Shown: positions 1 through 9,533, numbered from the stretch's first letter. The stretch: 64,000 bases of DNA from Candidatus Multivorans sp. (GCA_965247095.1 OZ251997.1:1952001-2016000), one strand, 5' to 3'. The notes: a model not told the origin generated them from the letters alone. A program made the numbers and translations.

Positions 1-259
1 CGAGATCCTGAGAGTCGATGCAAAGGAGATCCGGTTTCCTTCTCACCGAGCTGCGTTGGAGTTTCTCTCCAAGCGTGCCCGCACGGGTGTCGTCTTAGTG
101 CTGACAGTCAGGAGAGGGGGGGTGCTACGGGAGACGAGAATCGTCCCCGAGGAACCGCCCCCGTCGCTTGCATCCCAGAACGAACTGGCACTCCGCTGCG
201 CCGACGGAGAAGATCGACCCGAGGCAGCTTGGTCTCGCGCGTTCGAGTCGGTTCCGTAG
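1..259 (+). CDS. Partial CDS (3' end), probable PDZ-domain protein
   Basis: Frame open from position 2: EILRVDAKEI...VLVLTVRRGGVLRETRIVP, resembling the C-terminal half of a PDZ domain (EILxVD ... LxVxRxG); stop at 257-259. Confidence 0.5.
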   Translation, partial: EILRVDAKEIRFPSHRAALEFLSKRARTGVVLVLTVRRGGVLRETRIVPEEPPPSLASQNELALRCADGEDRPEAAWSRAFESVP

Positions 260-404
260 CAGTCCAGTCGCGAGAGTGCGGCGATGGGGCCATGAAGGGT
301 CTCGAGCAACCGTCGCGTTCCTGACTCTGTTCGCCGGCACGGCCGCCTTCGCGGGAGGCGACGACCTGCCGCCATCGCACAGGACGGTGCTACGATCCCG
401 GCTC

Positions 405-659
405 TTGAGCAGTCAATCCGAGCAGTCCGCCTACTGGCGAGCGAACCTGCGACTGATGGCGACCCTCCTCGCCGTCTGGTTCTTCTGCTCCTACGTGCTC
501 GGCATCTTCCTGGTTGAGCCGCTGAACGGCGCCCGCATCGGCGGCTTCCCGCTCGGATTCTGGTTCGCGCACCAGGGATCGATCTACGTCTTCATCGCGC
601 TGATCCTGGTCTACGCGACGGTCATGGACCGCCTCGACCGCCGCTACGGAGTCGACTGA
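405..659 (+). CDS. DUF4212-family small membrane subunit of a sodium:solute symporter
   Basis: AYWRANLRL...GFPLGFWFAHQGSIYVF...MDRLDRRYGV signature, two TM helices, directly upstream of an SSS permease; start (TTG 405) uncertain. Confidence 0.85.
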   Translation: MSSQSEQSAYWRANLRLMATLLAVWFFCSYVLGIFLVEPLNGARIGGFPLGFWFAHQGSIYVFIALILVYATVMDRLDRRYGVD

Positions 660-738
660 ACCGCTCAGGCGACCTGCCCGGCGCTTCCCGAGACCCGACT
701 GACCGCACGCGAATGACGACAGAGGGGAGCAGCAGCCG

Positions 739-2442
739 ATGAACGTCCAGGCCTGGACCTACGTCATCGTCTCCGCGACCTTCGCGCTCTACATCGGCAT
801 CGCCTGGTGGAGCCGGGTCAAGTCGACCTCCGGCTTCTACGTCGCCGGTCGCGGCGTTCCGGCGATCGCCAACGGCATGGCAACCGGCGCCGACTGGATG
901 AGCGCCGCCTCCTTCATCTCGATGGCGGGCCTCGTCTCCTTCATGGGCTACACCGGCACCATCTACCTGATGGGCTGGACCGGCGGCTACGTGCTGCTGG
1001 CGCTCCTGCTAGCGCCCTATCTGCGCAAGTACGGCAAGTTCACGACCTCCGAGTTCGTCGGCGACCGCTACTACTCGGACGCCGCCCGGCTGGTGGCCGC
1101 GGGCTGCACGATCTTCGTTTCCTTCACCTACATCGCCGGCCAGATGCGGGGCGTCGGCGTCGTGTTCTCGCGCTTCCTGGAGGTCGAGATCTACTGGGGC
1201 GTGGTGATCGGCGTGGTGATCGTCTTCTTCTACGCCGTGGTCGGCGGCATGAAGGGAATCACCTACACCCAGGTCGCCCAGTACTGCGTCCTGATCGTCG
1301 CCTATCTCATTCCGGCCGCGGCGATCTCGTGGAAGATCACCGGCAACCCCATCCCGCAGTTCGGGTTCGGCGGCGCGGTCCAGGAGGGCCAGGCGGCGGG
1401 CGTCTTCCTGCTCGAGACCCTGGACGCCCTGCACCGGGAGCTGCGGCTGCCCGAGTACACCGCCGCCTTCGTGCCGGGCAAGAAGAGCATGATCGACGTC
1501 ACTGCGATCACGCTCGCCCTGATGGTCGGCACCGCCGGCCTGCCGCACGTGCTGGTCCGCTTCTACACCGTGCGCAGCGCCAGAGCCGCGCGCTGGAGCG
1601 CGCTGTGGGCGCTGGTCTTCATCGGCCTTCTCTACACCACCGCGCCCGCGGTCGCCGCCTTCGCCCGGGTGAACCTGATCTCCACCCTCCACGGCGCGAG
1701 CTACAGCGAGGTCCCGGAGTGGTTCCGGAGCTGGGAAACGACCGGCCTGATCGCCTTCGACGACAAGAACGGCGACGGCATGATCGACATGGCCGACGGC
1801 GCCAACGAACTGACCGTCGACCCCGACATCATGGTCCTGGCCAATCCGGAGATCGCGGAGCTTCCCGCCTGGGTCGTTGCCCTCGTCGCCGCCGGCGGGC
1901 TCGCGGCGGCGCTCTCCACCGCCGCCGGCCTGCTGCTCGTGATCGCCTCGGCGATCTCTCACGACGTCGGCAAATCGGTCCTGTGGAAGGACATGAGCTC
2001 GCGCAAGGAACTCCTGCTGGCGCGGAGCACCGCGGCCGCCGCCGTGGTCGTGGCCGCCTACTTCGGCATCTCGCCGCCGGGCTTCGTCGCCCAGGTCGTC
2101 GCCTTCGCCTTCGGCCTGGCCGCGGCGAGCTTCTTCCCCATCCTCGTTCTCGGCATCTTCACCCGCAGCACGACGAAGGAGGGCGCGATTGCCGGCATGA
2201 GCACCGGCATCCTGTTCACCGGCACCTACATCGTCTACTTCCGCCTGATCCGGCCCGAAGCCACCGCCGAGGACTGGCTGTTCGGCATCAGCCCGGAGGG
2301 CATCGGCGCCGTCGGCATGCTGATCAACTTCTCCCTGGCGCTGATCGTGAGCCGCTTCACCAAGCCGCCGCCGGACGAAGTGCAGCGCCTGGTGAGTGAG
2401 ATCCGCCTGCCGCGCGAGCGGGCGGCCGACGCTGCGCCGTAG
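739..2442 (+). CDS. actP: Sodium:solute symporter, ActP-like cation/monocarboxylate symporter
   Basis: NGMATGADWMSAASF, MVGTAGLPHVLVRFYT, AGGLAAALSTAAGLL motifs; many TM segments; DUF4212 partner upstream. Confidence 0.9.
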   Translation: MNVQAWTYVIVSATFALYIGIAWWSRVKSTSGFYVAGRGVPAIANGMATGADWMSAASFISMAGLVSFMGYTGTIYLMGWTGGYVLLALLLAPYLRKYGKFTTSEFVGDRYYSDAARLVAAGCTIFVSFTYIAGQMRGVGVVFSRFLEVEIYWGVVIGVVIVFFYAVVGGMKGITYTQVAQYCVLIVAYLIPAAAISWKITGNPIPQFGFGGAVQEGQAAGVFLLETLDALHRELRLPEYTAAFVPGKKSMIDVTAITLALMVGTAGLPHVLVRFYTVRSARAARWSALWALVFIGLLYTTAPAVAAFARVNLISTLHGASYSEVPEWFRSWETTGLIAFDDKNGDGMIDMADGANELTVDPDIMVLANPEIAELPAWVVALVAAGGLAAALSTAAGLLLVIASAISHDVGKSVLWKDMSSRKELLLARSTAAAAVVVAAYFGISPPGFVAQVVAFAFGLAAASFFPILVLGIFTRSTTKEGAIAGMSTGILFTGTYIVYFRLIRPEATAEDWLFGISPEGIGAVGMLINFSLALIVSRFTKPPPDEVQRLVSEIRLPRERAADAAP

Positions 2443-2479
2443 CGCGCGACGGCGTTGGACGCACCCGCCCGTCTTGGGC

Positions 2480-2699
2480 CAGGAGGGGTCAGCTCCCAGG
2501 TGACGTGCCATTCGTGCGCCCGCTGACGGGCGCACGGACTGGTTCACGGGTGGCGCGGATCGCGCCACCCGGGTTCGCGCTTGAGAGGAAATGTAGGGGG
2601 TTGCGCTCACTCCGCTTCACTCGCTCCGGTTGGGCGTCGGTCAGTGCGATGTCGTTGAGCGTCGCTCGTTCAGAGGCACCTGGGAGCTGACCCCTCCTG
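2480..2699. mobile_element. 220-bp non-coding element with perfect 23-bp terminal inverted repeats (MITE/REPIN-like)
   Basis: CAGGAGGGGTCAGCTCCCAGGTG (2480-2502) and its exact reverse complement (2677-2699); internal perfect hairpins. Confidence 0.65.
2513..2579 (+). repeat. Two-hairpin repeat, copy 1 (REP-like)
   Basis: 10-bp stem CGTGCGCCCG-ctga-CGGGCGCACG, then 11-bp stem CGGGTGGCGCG-gat-CGCGCCACCCG; second copy at 52166-52231 (minus strand). Confidence 0.75.
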
Positions 2700-2820
2700 C
2701 CCCGACTGGGCTGGCGGCCGACCCACGGTCCCGATCTGCGACCCCTCAACGGGGCCGCTACCGCCGCCCAAGGACTAAGGTATCCTCCAAGCCGACAACC
2801 CACTCCGGAAGGAGGAGACC

Positions 2821-3009
2821 ATGCGCAACAAGAATGCGGGCCAGAAGCCTGCTACTACAGTGACGAGCCGACCGGCGCAAGACCGCCCCCCTACGGTCCA
2901 CGTTCCTTCTCGTCCTGTGGCGCGCCCCGCTTCCAGGAAGTCTGAGGCAATCATCAAAGAGGTCTCGGTCCGGCGACGTACGGCGATGAAGGTCTTGGCA
3001 AATCGCTGA
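2821..3009 (+). CDS. Small putative antitoxin upstream of a Doc/Fic toxin
   Basis: 62 aa, RBS GGAGGAG; C-terminal helix (IIKEVSVRRRTAMKVLANR) of the kind ending Doc antitoxins; overlaps the start of the toxin frame. Confidence 0.6.
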   Translation: MRNKNAGQKPATTVTSRPAQDRPPTVHVPSRPVARPASRKSEAIIKEVSVRRRTAMKVLANR

Positions 3010-3391
3010 CGGCCACTACCAAGTCACTTGGGCAGACGCGATCCGCGCCCATGAGGAGGCGCTGCGAGATGGTGGTGCCGCCGGCATCCTCAACCGTTCC
3101 GCCATTGAGTCCGCTATCGCCCGGCCATATCATGGCTACCATCAGCACGTCCACCAGAAGGCTGCGGCTCTGGTCCACGGTATCGTCTCCAATCACGGCT
3201 TTGTGGATGGCAACAAGCGCACGGCGCTCTACTTGGTAGAACTCTTGGCAGTCCGAAGCGGATACCGTCTAGCAGTGGACGACCTCCTTCTAGCAGACGT
3301 CATAACGGCTGTGGCCCGTCGAAAAATGGGCTACGACCCACTTGAAACTTGGTTCAAGGAGCGGCTCAAGTCGGCTTGCGGCACCGCATAG
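3002..3391 (+). CDS. doc: Fic/Doc family toxin (no canonical start codon at the expected position)
   Basis: Frame from 3002 reads IADGHYQVTW...IESAIARP...KAAALVHGIVSNHGFVDGNKRTA, with the Fic motif HxFxDGNKR; in-frame TGA at 2987. Confidence 0.8.
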   Translation: MADGHYQVTWADAIRAHEEALRDGGAAGILNRSAIESAIARPYHGYHQHVHQKAAALVHGIVSNHGFVDGNKRTALYLVELLAVRSGYRLAVDDLLLADVITAVARRKMGYDPLETWFKERLKSACGTA

Positions 3392-3421
3392 CAAGCCCTC
3401 TACTTGGCCCTAGTTGGACCG

Positions 3422-4358
3422 ATGAAGAACAAGAGAGACACTGGAAAGCCCGAAGATCCCCTGCGGGAAATCAAGCAAGCCACTGTAGCGATCGGCACAG
3501 TGCCAAAAGCGCCGAGGCCCCCGAGCGACGGCCCTTTCTACGATGGAAACCTTGTGGACTTTGAACTAAAAGGGACGGGCCTCATCTATTCATACACCCC
3601 AATGGAGTACGCCCCCGTCAAATCTCCTCCCGATCCGAAAGACGGGAGCAGTCTACTACTGGGCCAGGATGTGGATCGTAACGTGTAAGCACTGCATCCA
3701 AGACACTCCTGTAGTCGCAGTCCGTGCGGACACGAATGATGGCACTCGCGTGTATCCGATCCGCGCATCAAAATGGAGCCGACACCCAAACGAAGACGTC
3801 GCAGTAACTCCCTTCGGGCTGGACGGAGAAGCGAAAGACACAGCCGACGATGTCGCCGCTGCTGCGTTTCGAGGTTTGGTCATTTCCAGCGTAGGAAGGG
3901 AACTCACTGCGACTAGGGACCAAATCATGAGAACCGGGTTCTGGGAGGGCACGCCTGTGTCGATGATCGGGTTTCCCGCCGGTATGATTGAAGGCGGGAA
4001 GAAGAACTATCCGGTCGTTCGCGGCGGGACGATCGCTCAAATTCAAGGCTATCTGGATCGTGACCCCGAACACCGCAACTTCCTCATCGACGGATCCGTC
4101 TTCGGCGGCAACAGCGGAGGCCCCATAGTAGTCCGAAAAGGCGTGATGAATTGTGAGAATCAGGCTCTTTCGCATACTGTCTTGATCGGCATGGTGTCTG
4201 CGACGGTTCGAGTGGAAACCGAACGGCACGACCAGTCCCCTCGCGATGTCTTCGAAAACGCAGGCCTCGTGCACGGAGTCAGCGTGGACGCGATTAACGA
4301 CACAATTCACCGATACTACGTCTCGAGTGCGAACTCGAAGGAGGATATCTCGAGCTGA
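3422..4358 (+). pseudogene. Trypsin-like serine protease split by a frameshift
   Basis: First frame has QATVAIG...KGTGL; second frame has WIVTCKH (catalytic His), EDVAV (Asp) and DGSVFGGNSGGP (Ser); shift lies between 3570 and 3686. Confidence 0.7.
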
Positions 4359-4474
4359 ACCCGGTAGCTCGCGGGTGGTAGTCGAGTTCCCGGCGGTAGT
4401 AGCCGTGCGGGGCGGAGAGCGAGGGCAAGAGGTTGCGACTCGAGGCGAGGCCAGAAGAGGGCAGGGTAAGGGCC

Positions 4475-6739
4475 CTAGGCCAGCTCCGCCAGTTGCTCGC
4501 GGAGAGTGGAGTAGCGGCGGAGGTCCGAGGCCTCATCAACAGCCTTTTGGAGCGCCCATTTCTGGCCGACGATTACCACCACCTGTCGGCCTCTGGTGAT
4601 CGCCGTGTAGAGGAGGTTGCGGCGCAGCATGACGTAGTGGTGCGTGGAAATCGGTATGACGACAGCGGGATACTCCGAACCCTGCGACTTGTGGACGGTG
4701 ACGGCGTAGGCGAGCATCACGCGGTCAAGATCGGGGAACGGGTAGCTGATGGGACGACCATCGAACTCGATCGTCATCTTCTGTTCCCCGGGGTCGATCG
4801 AGACCACCCGGCCGAGGTCGCCGTTGAAGACTTCGCGCCCGTAGTCGTTCTCGGTCTGCATCACTTTGTCGAGTGCGCGGTACTTCCAGCCGAAGCGTTC
4901 GACCTCGACCGCGCCGGACTTGGGCGCCGGATTCAGCACCTCCTGCAGGGTCGCGTTGAGCGCCCGGGCGCCGAGCGGTCCGCGGTTCATTGGCGACAAC
5001 ACCTGGACATCGCGCACCGGGTCGAGGCCGAAGCGCATGGGGATACGTCCCTTGACGATCCGAGCGATCTTCTTCTGCGCGTCCTCGGCATCCTCGGCGG
5101 GCACGAAGTAGAAGTCGCTCAGTTCGTCCGACCTCGACTCCAGTTCCGGTAGGTAACCCCGGTTCACGCGGTGGGCGTTCCTCACGATCCGGCTGTTGTC
5201 GGCCTGGCGGAAGATCTCCTTCAGACGCGCCACCGGGAGAGCGTCGGAATCGATCAGATCCCGCAGCACCTGGCCGGGGCCCACGGACGGCAGTTGGTCC
5301 GCGTCGCCGATCAGGAGCAGCGATCCTTCCGCCGGCAGCGCCTGGAGAAGCGCCGCCATCAGCTCCACGTCGACCATCGACGCCTCGTCGACCACCAGCA
5401 GGCCGCAGTCGATCGGTCGCAGGCGGCCGCGCCGGAAGGTCCCGTTCGACGGGTCGATTTCGAGCAGCCGGTGGATCGTCTTCGCGGTGTGGCCGGTGCT
5501 CTCGCCGAGCCGCTTCGCCGCGCGGCCGGTCGGGGCGCAGAGTGCGCAGCGCACGTCGCGGGTCCGCAGGATCCGCAGCACCGCGTTGACCAGGGTCGTC
5601 TTGCCGACGCCCGGGCCGCCGGTGATCACGGCAACCCGCGAGCGCAGGCTGGTCTCGACCGCGGCGCGCTGGGTCGGCGCCAGGGTCACGTCCAGCCGCT
5701 TCTCCACCCAGGTCAGGGCCTTGGCGGCGTCGATGTCCGCCCAGGGGGGCGGGTCGGCCCGGATGAGTTCACCCAGCCGGCGGGCGATGGCCCGCTCCGC
5801 CGACAGCAGCAGCAGCAGGAAGATCGCCTCCTCGCCGCCCAGACGCGTGGCAACCAGCCGCTCCGCGCGAAGGCCTGCAGCCGCCTCAGGATCTCGCCGA
5901 CCGGCACCTGGCGCGTGTCGGCGACGGTCAGGGCCTCTTCGAAGCTCATCCGCCAGGGCAGTGACGAGGATCTCCTCCGGGATCTTCAGCAGCTCCTGTG
6001 CCTGCTCGAGGAGTTCGCTTCGGGGCAGGCCGCAGTGTCCGGCGCCCCGGGCCTGCTCCAGGGTGTAGCGGAGGCCGGCGCGCGCCCGCGGCAAACCCTC
6101 GCGGTCCTTGCCCAGACTCGCGCCGATGCTGTCGGCGATCCGGAAGCCGATGCCCCGGATATCCCGCGCCAACCGGTAGGGGTCCTCGGTCAGCAGCGTC
6201 GCGGCGTCGGCGCCGTACCTGCGGTAGATCCGAGCCGCCCTCGACGATCGGAGTCCGTGGGTCTGCAGGAAGACCATGATGTCGCGTACCGCCTTCTGGT
6301 CCGCGAAGCCCTCGCTCAAACTCTTCGCGCGCTTCGGGCCGATGCCCGGTACCTCCGTCAGCCGCTCCGGCTCGTTCTCGATGACCTCGAAGACATCCTC
6401 GCCGAACGCCTTCACCAGCCGTCTCGCCATCTTGGGTCCGACGCCCTGCACCTTTCCCGACCCGAGGTAGCGCCGCATGCCTTCGAGCGAATCCGGCGGC
6501 GATACGGCGAGCCGTTGAGCCTGGAACTGGCGCCCGTGGCTCGGATCGTTGCGCCAGGAGCCGGACGCCTGGATCGTCTCCCCCTGCGAGACCACCGGCA
6601 GCCGCCCGACTACCGCCACAGGTTGACCGCGGCCGCGGACCCGTACGCGCATCACGGCGAACCCGTTCTCCGGATTGTGGAAGACGACCCGCTCAACGAC
6701 CCCGGAGAGAGCCTCCCGATCCTGGTCCGAAGCCGTCAT
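4475..6739 (-). CDS. recD2: ATP-dependent RecD-like DNA helicase (RecD2)
   Basis: N-terminal VERVVFHNPENGF, HhH motifs, GGPGVGKTT, VDEASM, GDADQLPSVG, AYAVTVHKSQGSE, LYTAITR. Confidence 0.96.
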   Translation of the reverse strand: MTASDQDREALSGVVERVVFHNPENGFAVMRVRVRGRGQPVAVVGRLPVVSQGETIQASGSWRNDPSHGRQFQAQRLAVSPPDSLEGMRRYLGSGKVQGVGPKMARRLVKAFGEDVFEVIENEPERLTEVPGIGPKRAKSLSEGFADQKAVRDIMVFLQTHGLRSSRAARIYRRYGADAATLLTEDPYRLARDIRGIGFRIADSIGASLGKDREGLPRARAGLRYTLEQARGAGHCGLPRSELLEQAQELLKIPEEILVTALADELRRGPDRRRHAPGAGRRDPEAAAGLRAERLVATRLGGEEAIFLLLLLSAERAIARRLGELIRADPPPWADIDAAKALTWVEKRLDVTLAPTQRAAVETSLRSRVAVITGGPGVGKTTLVNAVLRILRTRDVRCALCAPTGRAAKRLGESTGHTAKTIHRLLEIDPSNGTFRRGRLRPIDCGLLVVDEASMVDVELMAALLQALPAEGSLLLIGDADQLPSVGPGQVLRDLIDSDALPVARLKEIFRQADNSRIVRNAHRVNRGYLPELESRSDELSDFYFVPAEDAEDAQKKIARIVKGRIPMRFGLDPVRDVQVLSPMNRGPLGARALNATLQEVLNPAPKSGAVEVERFGWKYRALDKVMQTENDYGREVFNGDLGRVVSIDPGEQKMTIEFDGRPISYPFPDLDRVMLAYAVTVHKSQGSEYPAVVIPISTHHYVMLRRNLLYTAITRGRQVVVIVGQKWALQKAVDEASDLRRYSTLREQLAELA

Positions 6740-6837
6740 GGTGCCGAACTATGCCGCAAAGGCCACTCGCCACGACCCATCGGTGTCACAATCACGCGCC
6801 TTCCCTCCCGCGACCCAAACGCCCAGGAGCTCCACGA

Positions 6838-7503
6838 ATGACCGACGCCTGCCGATTCGACCACCTGGCGCTCAACGCCAACGACCCGGCTGCAGCGGCC
6901 GCCTGGTACGCGCGCCACTTCGGCGGTTCGCTGATCGACGAGGACTCGACGGAAGGCGGCGGCGGAATGGTTGCGGCCCGGTTCCAGGCCGGCGCCGGCA
7001 CGGCGCAACTTCGCTGGCGCGATGCTGAGGCCCCCGGCCCCAGCATCGGCACCGGGCTCGACCACTCGGGGTGGTCGGTCGACAACCTCGATGAGCTCCA
7101 CGCCGCAATGCTCGCCGATGGCGCGGAGGAGTTCTGGGAGCCGAGACACTTCAGACCGGCGAAGCTCTACATCTCCTTCGTCACCGATCCCTGGGGCGCA
7201 AAGATCGAACTCCTGGAGGACGAGCACCACCCCGGCTTCCACCACGTTCACATCCTCGGTCCCGATCCGGAGCAGGATCGGGCGTGGCTGCTGGAGCACG
7301 CGCCGGGCGAAGCCGAGACCTTCAAGGGCATGCTGCTCGCCGTCAACTACGGCACGATGAGGGTGCTGTTCCGCCAGACCGACGACGAACTGCAACCGAC
7401 CGCCGGGCGGGCAATCGACCACCTCGCCTGGAACTCCCCTGACATCAGCGGCGGCCTGCACACAAGCCCGACCGGCGTGAACATCCGGGTGGACGCTGTC
7501 TGA
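6838..7503 (+). CDS. VOC (glyoxalase-like) family protein
   Basis: FDHLAL...AWYARHFG, LDHSGWSVDNLD, FVTDPWGAKIEL; repeated VOC modules. Confidence 0.8.
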   Translation: MTDACRFDHLALNANDPAAAAAWYARHFGGSLIDEDSTEGGGGMVAARFQAGAGTAQLRWRDAEAPGPSIGTGLDHSGWSVDNLDELHAAMLADGAEEFWEPRHFRPAKLYISFVTDPWGAKIELLEDEHHPGFHHVHILGPDPEQDRAWLLEHAPGEAETFKGMLLAVNYGTMRVLFRQTDDELQPTAGRAIDHLAWNSPDISGGLHTSPTGVNIRVDAV

Positions 7504-7513
7504 CGGGCTGCCG

Positions 7514-9508
7514 ATGAGCCTCTGGCCGCCGCCGCGGCGGGTCGAGGAACCTGACGCCGCCCCTCCCCTGGTCGTCCCCGCGGGCGCGGCGGTTGGGCTC
7601 GCGATCACCGGGGCGGGAGGCGCGGCGGACCAGTACCCAATCGCGGAGGAACTGCGGCTCGCGGTTGCCGGTCTACAACGAGCTCTGGCGAGCGTCGAAC
7701 GGGAGTTGGTCGTTCCGGATGCCGAAGGCGACGCCGCCGGGAACGGAACCGACATCGCCTGCCGGGTCTCCGTCGACTCCGCCACCTCCGTAGGCGAAGC
7801 GCGAGCCGCCGTTCCCACGGACGAGAGCTACCGCCTGCGGATCGACCGCGACGGCATCGCGATTGAAGCCGCAACACCGGCCGGCCTGTTCCGAGCCGCC
7901 GCGACGCTGCGGCAGTGGCTCGCCTCGCACGGACGGCAGACCGACCGCGGACTCGAGGTCGCGGCGGTCGAGATCGAGGATCGGCCCGATTTCCCGGTCC
8001 GCGGCGCGATGCTGGACGTGAGCCGGAACCGGGTGCCCACGATGGCGTACCTGGAGCGTCTGATCGACCGTCTGGCGGAGTGGAAGGTCAACCACCTCCA
8101 GCTCTACGTCGAACACACCTACGCCTACGAAGGCCACGAGGATGTCTGGCGGCACGCCTCCCCCTTCACCGCCGCCGAGATCCGCTCACTCGACGCCTAC
8201 TGCCGCGAGCGGTTCATCGAACTGGCCCCGAACCAGAACAGCTTCGGCCACTTCCACCGCTGGCTCGTCCATGACCGGTACCGCCCGCTGGCGGAGGTGC
8301 CCGAAGGGTTCCGCCACCCCTTCTCCGTCGACCCCGAACCGTTCAGCCTGTGCGCGACCGATCCGAGGGTTATCGAGCTCCTCGGCGGCCTCTACGACGA
8401 GTTGCTGCCGCAGTTTGTGAGCCGTCGCTTCAACGTCGGCCTGGACGAGACCTTCGACCTGGGTCGCGGCCGCTCGGCGGAAGCCTGCGCCGAGCGCGGC
8501 AAGCCGGCCGTCTACCTGGACTTCCTGCGCCAGGTCCACGGCCTCGTCACGGACCGCGACAGGCAGATGCTGTTCTGGGGCGACATCATCCTTGAGCACC
8601 CCGAGGTGATCGATCAGATCCCCGAGGACGCGGTCGCGCTGTGCTGGGGTTACGAGGCCGACCACCCCTACGCTGACCAGTGCGCCCGTCTGGCCGCGTC
8701 CGGCCGGGAGTTCTGGGTGTGTCCGGGCACCAGCAGTTGGCACAGCTTCGGCGGCCGGCTACAGAATGCCGTCTCAAACTTGGCTTCCGCCGCGACGGTG
8801 GGCTTCGACGCCGGCGCCCTCGGGCTCCTCGTCACCGACTGGGGCGACCACGGACACCTGCAACCCCCCACGATCGCCGAGCTGCCCCTTTCGATCGGCG
8901 CCGGCTTCGCCTGGTCCGTCGAGGCGGCACGGAAGGAATGCGGACGCGCCGCCGACCAAACCGAACGATGGCTCCAGCACGCCGTCCGCTTCGTCTACGA
9001 CGGCGACGAGGCGGTCGCGCGCACCGTCGTCGAACTCGGCGCCATCGACCTCGACTGCGGCGGCCCGGTCATGAACGGGACCACTCTCTTCTACCTGCTT
9101 CGGTTCATCGACGAGGACTTGACCCACCGCCGTTTCGCCCGGCTCAGCGTCGCCAAACTGCAACGGACGTACGCCCGTCTGGCCGAGATCCGCGACCGGC
9201 TGGCAGGCGCCCACGACTACACCGCGCTGGAGTGGACCTGCCGGATCATGACGTGGTGCTGCCGCCTGGGGATGGAGCGCCTCGGCGCCGGCCGAGGCCA
9301 ACGGGTTGAGCAACTCGCCTCGACCGTCCGCTCCGCCCTCGGCACCGAGCTGCGCCAGATCGCCGACGACCTGCCGCCCGTCTGGCTCGCCACCAGCCGC
9401 GAAGGCGGTCTGCAAGAATCCCGCGCGCTGCTGCTGCGTGCCGCCGCAAGGTTCGAGAACGCCGATGCCGGGCCGGCCACGGAGAGCGGCGCCGCAATCG
9501 GTGGTTGA
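7514..9508 (+). CDS. Beta-N-acetylhexosaminidase, glycoside hydrolase family 20
   Basis: ESYRLRI...IEDRPDFPVRGAMLDVSR, catalytic NVGLDE, FWGD, VTDWGD. Confidence 0.88.
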   Translation: MSLWPPPRRVEEPDAAPPLVVPAGAAVGLAITGAGGAADQYPIAEELRLAVAGLQRALASVERELVVPDAEGDAAGNGTDIACRVSVDSATSVGEARAAVPTDESYRLRIDRDGIAIEAATPAGLFRAAATLRQWLASHGRQTDRGLEVAAVEIEDRPDFPVRGAMLDVSRNRVPTMAYLERLIDRLAEWKVNHLQLYVEHTYAYEGHEDVWRHASPFTAAEIRSLDAYCRERFIELAPNQNSFGHFHRWLVHDRYRPLAEVPEGFRHPFSVDPEPFSLCATDPRVIELLGGLYDELLPQFVSRRFNVGLDETFDLGRGRSAEACAERGKPAVYLDFLRQVHGLVTDRDRQMLFWGDIILEHPEVIDQIPEDAVALCWGYEADHPYADQCARLAASGREFWVCPGTSSWHSFGGRLQNAVSNLASAATVGFDAGALGLLVTDWGDHGHLQPPTIAELPLSIGAGFAWSVEAARKECGRAADQTERWLQHAVRFVYDGDEAVARTVVELGAIDLDCGGPVMNGTTLFYLLRFIDEDLTHRRFARLSVAKLQRTYARLAEIRDRLAGAHDYTALEWTCRIMTWCCRLGMERLGAGRGQRVEQLASTVRSALGTELRQIADDLPPVWLATSREGGLQESRALLLRAAARFENADAGPATESGAAIGG

Positions 9509-9533
9509 TTGCAATGCAATCACAGCGTAGGCT
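9505..9533 (+). promoter_or_regulatory. Putative promoter and operator of the fitAB/vapBC pair
   Basis: TTGATT-17 bp-TAGGCT; perfect inverted repeat TGATTGCA-A-TGCAATCA (9506-9522), half-site similar to the FitA operator half-site TGATAGCA. Confidence 0.6.

Noticed and set aside
292-404. Signal-peptide-like stretch (SRATVAFLTLFAGTAAFAG) upstream of the DUF4212 gene
   Set aside because: Needs a frameshift after the ATG at 292 and has no downstream domain; at most a gene remnant
2590-2665. Possible integron attC site
   Set aside because: No properly paired RYYYAAC / GTTRRRY ends flanking a cassette, and no intI nearby
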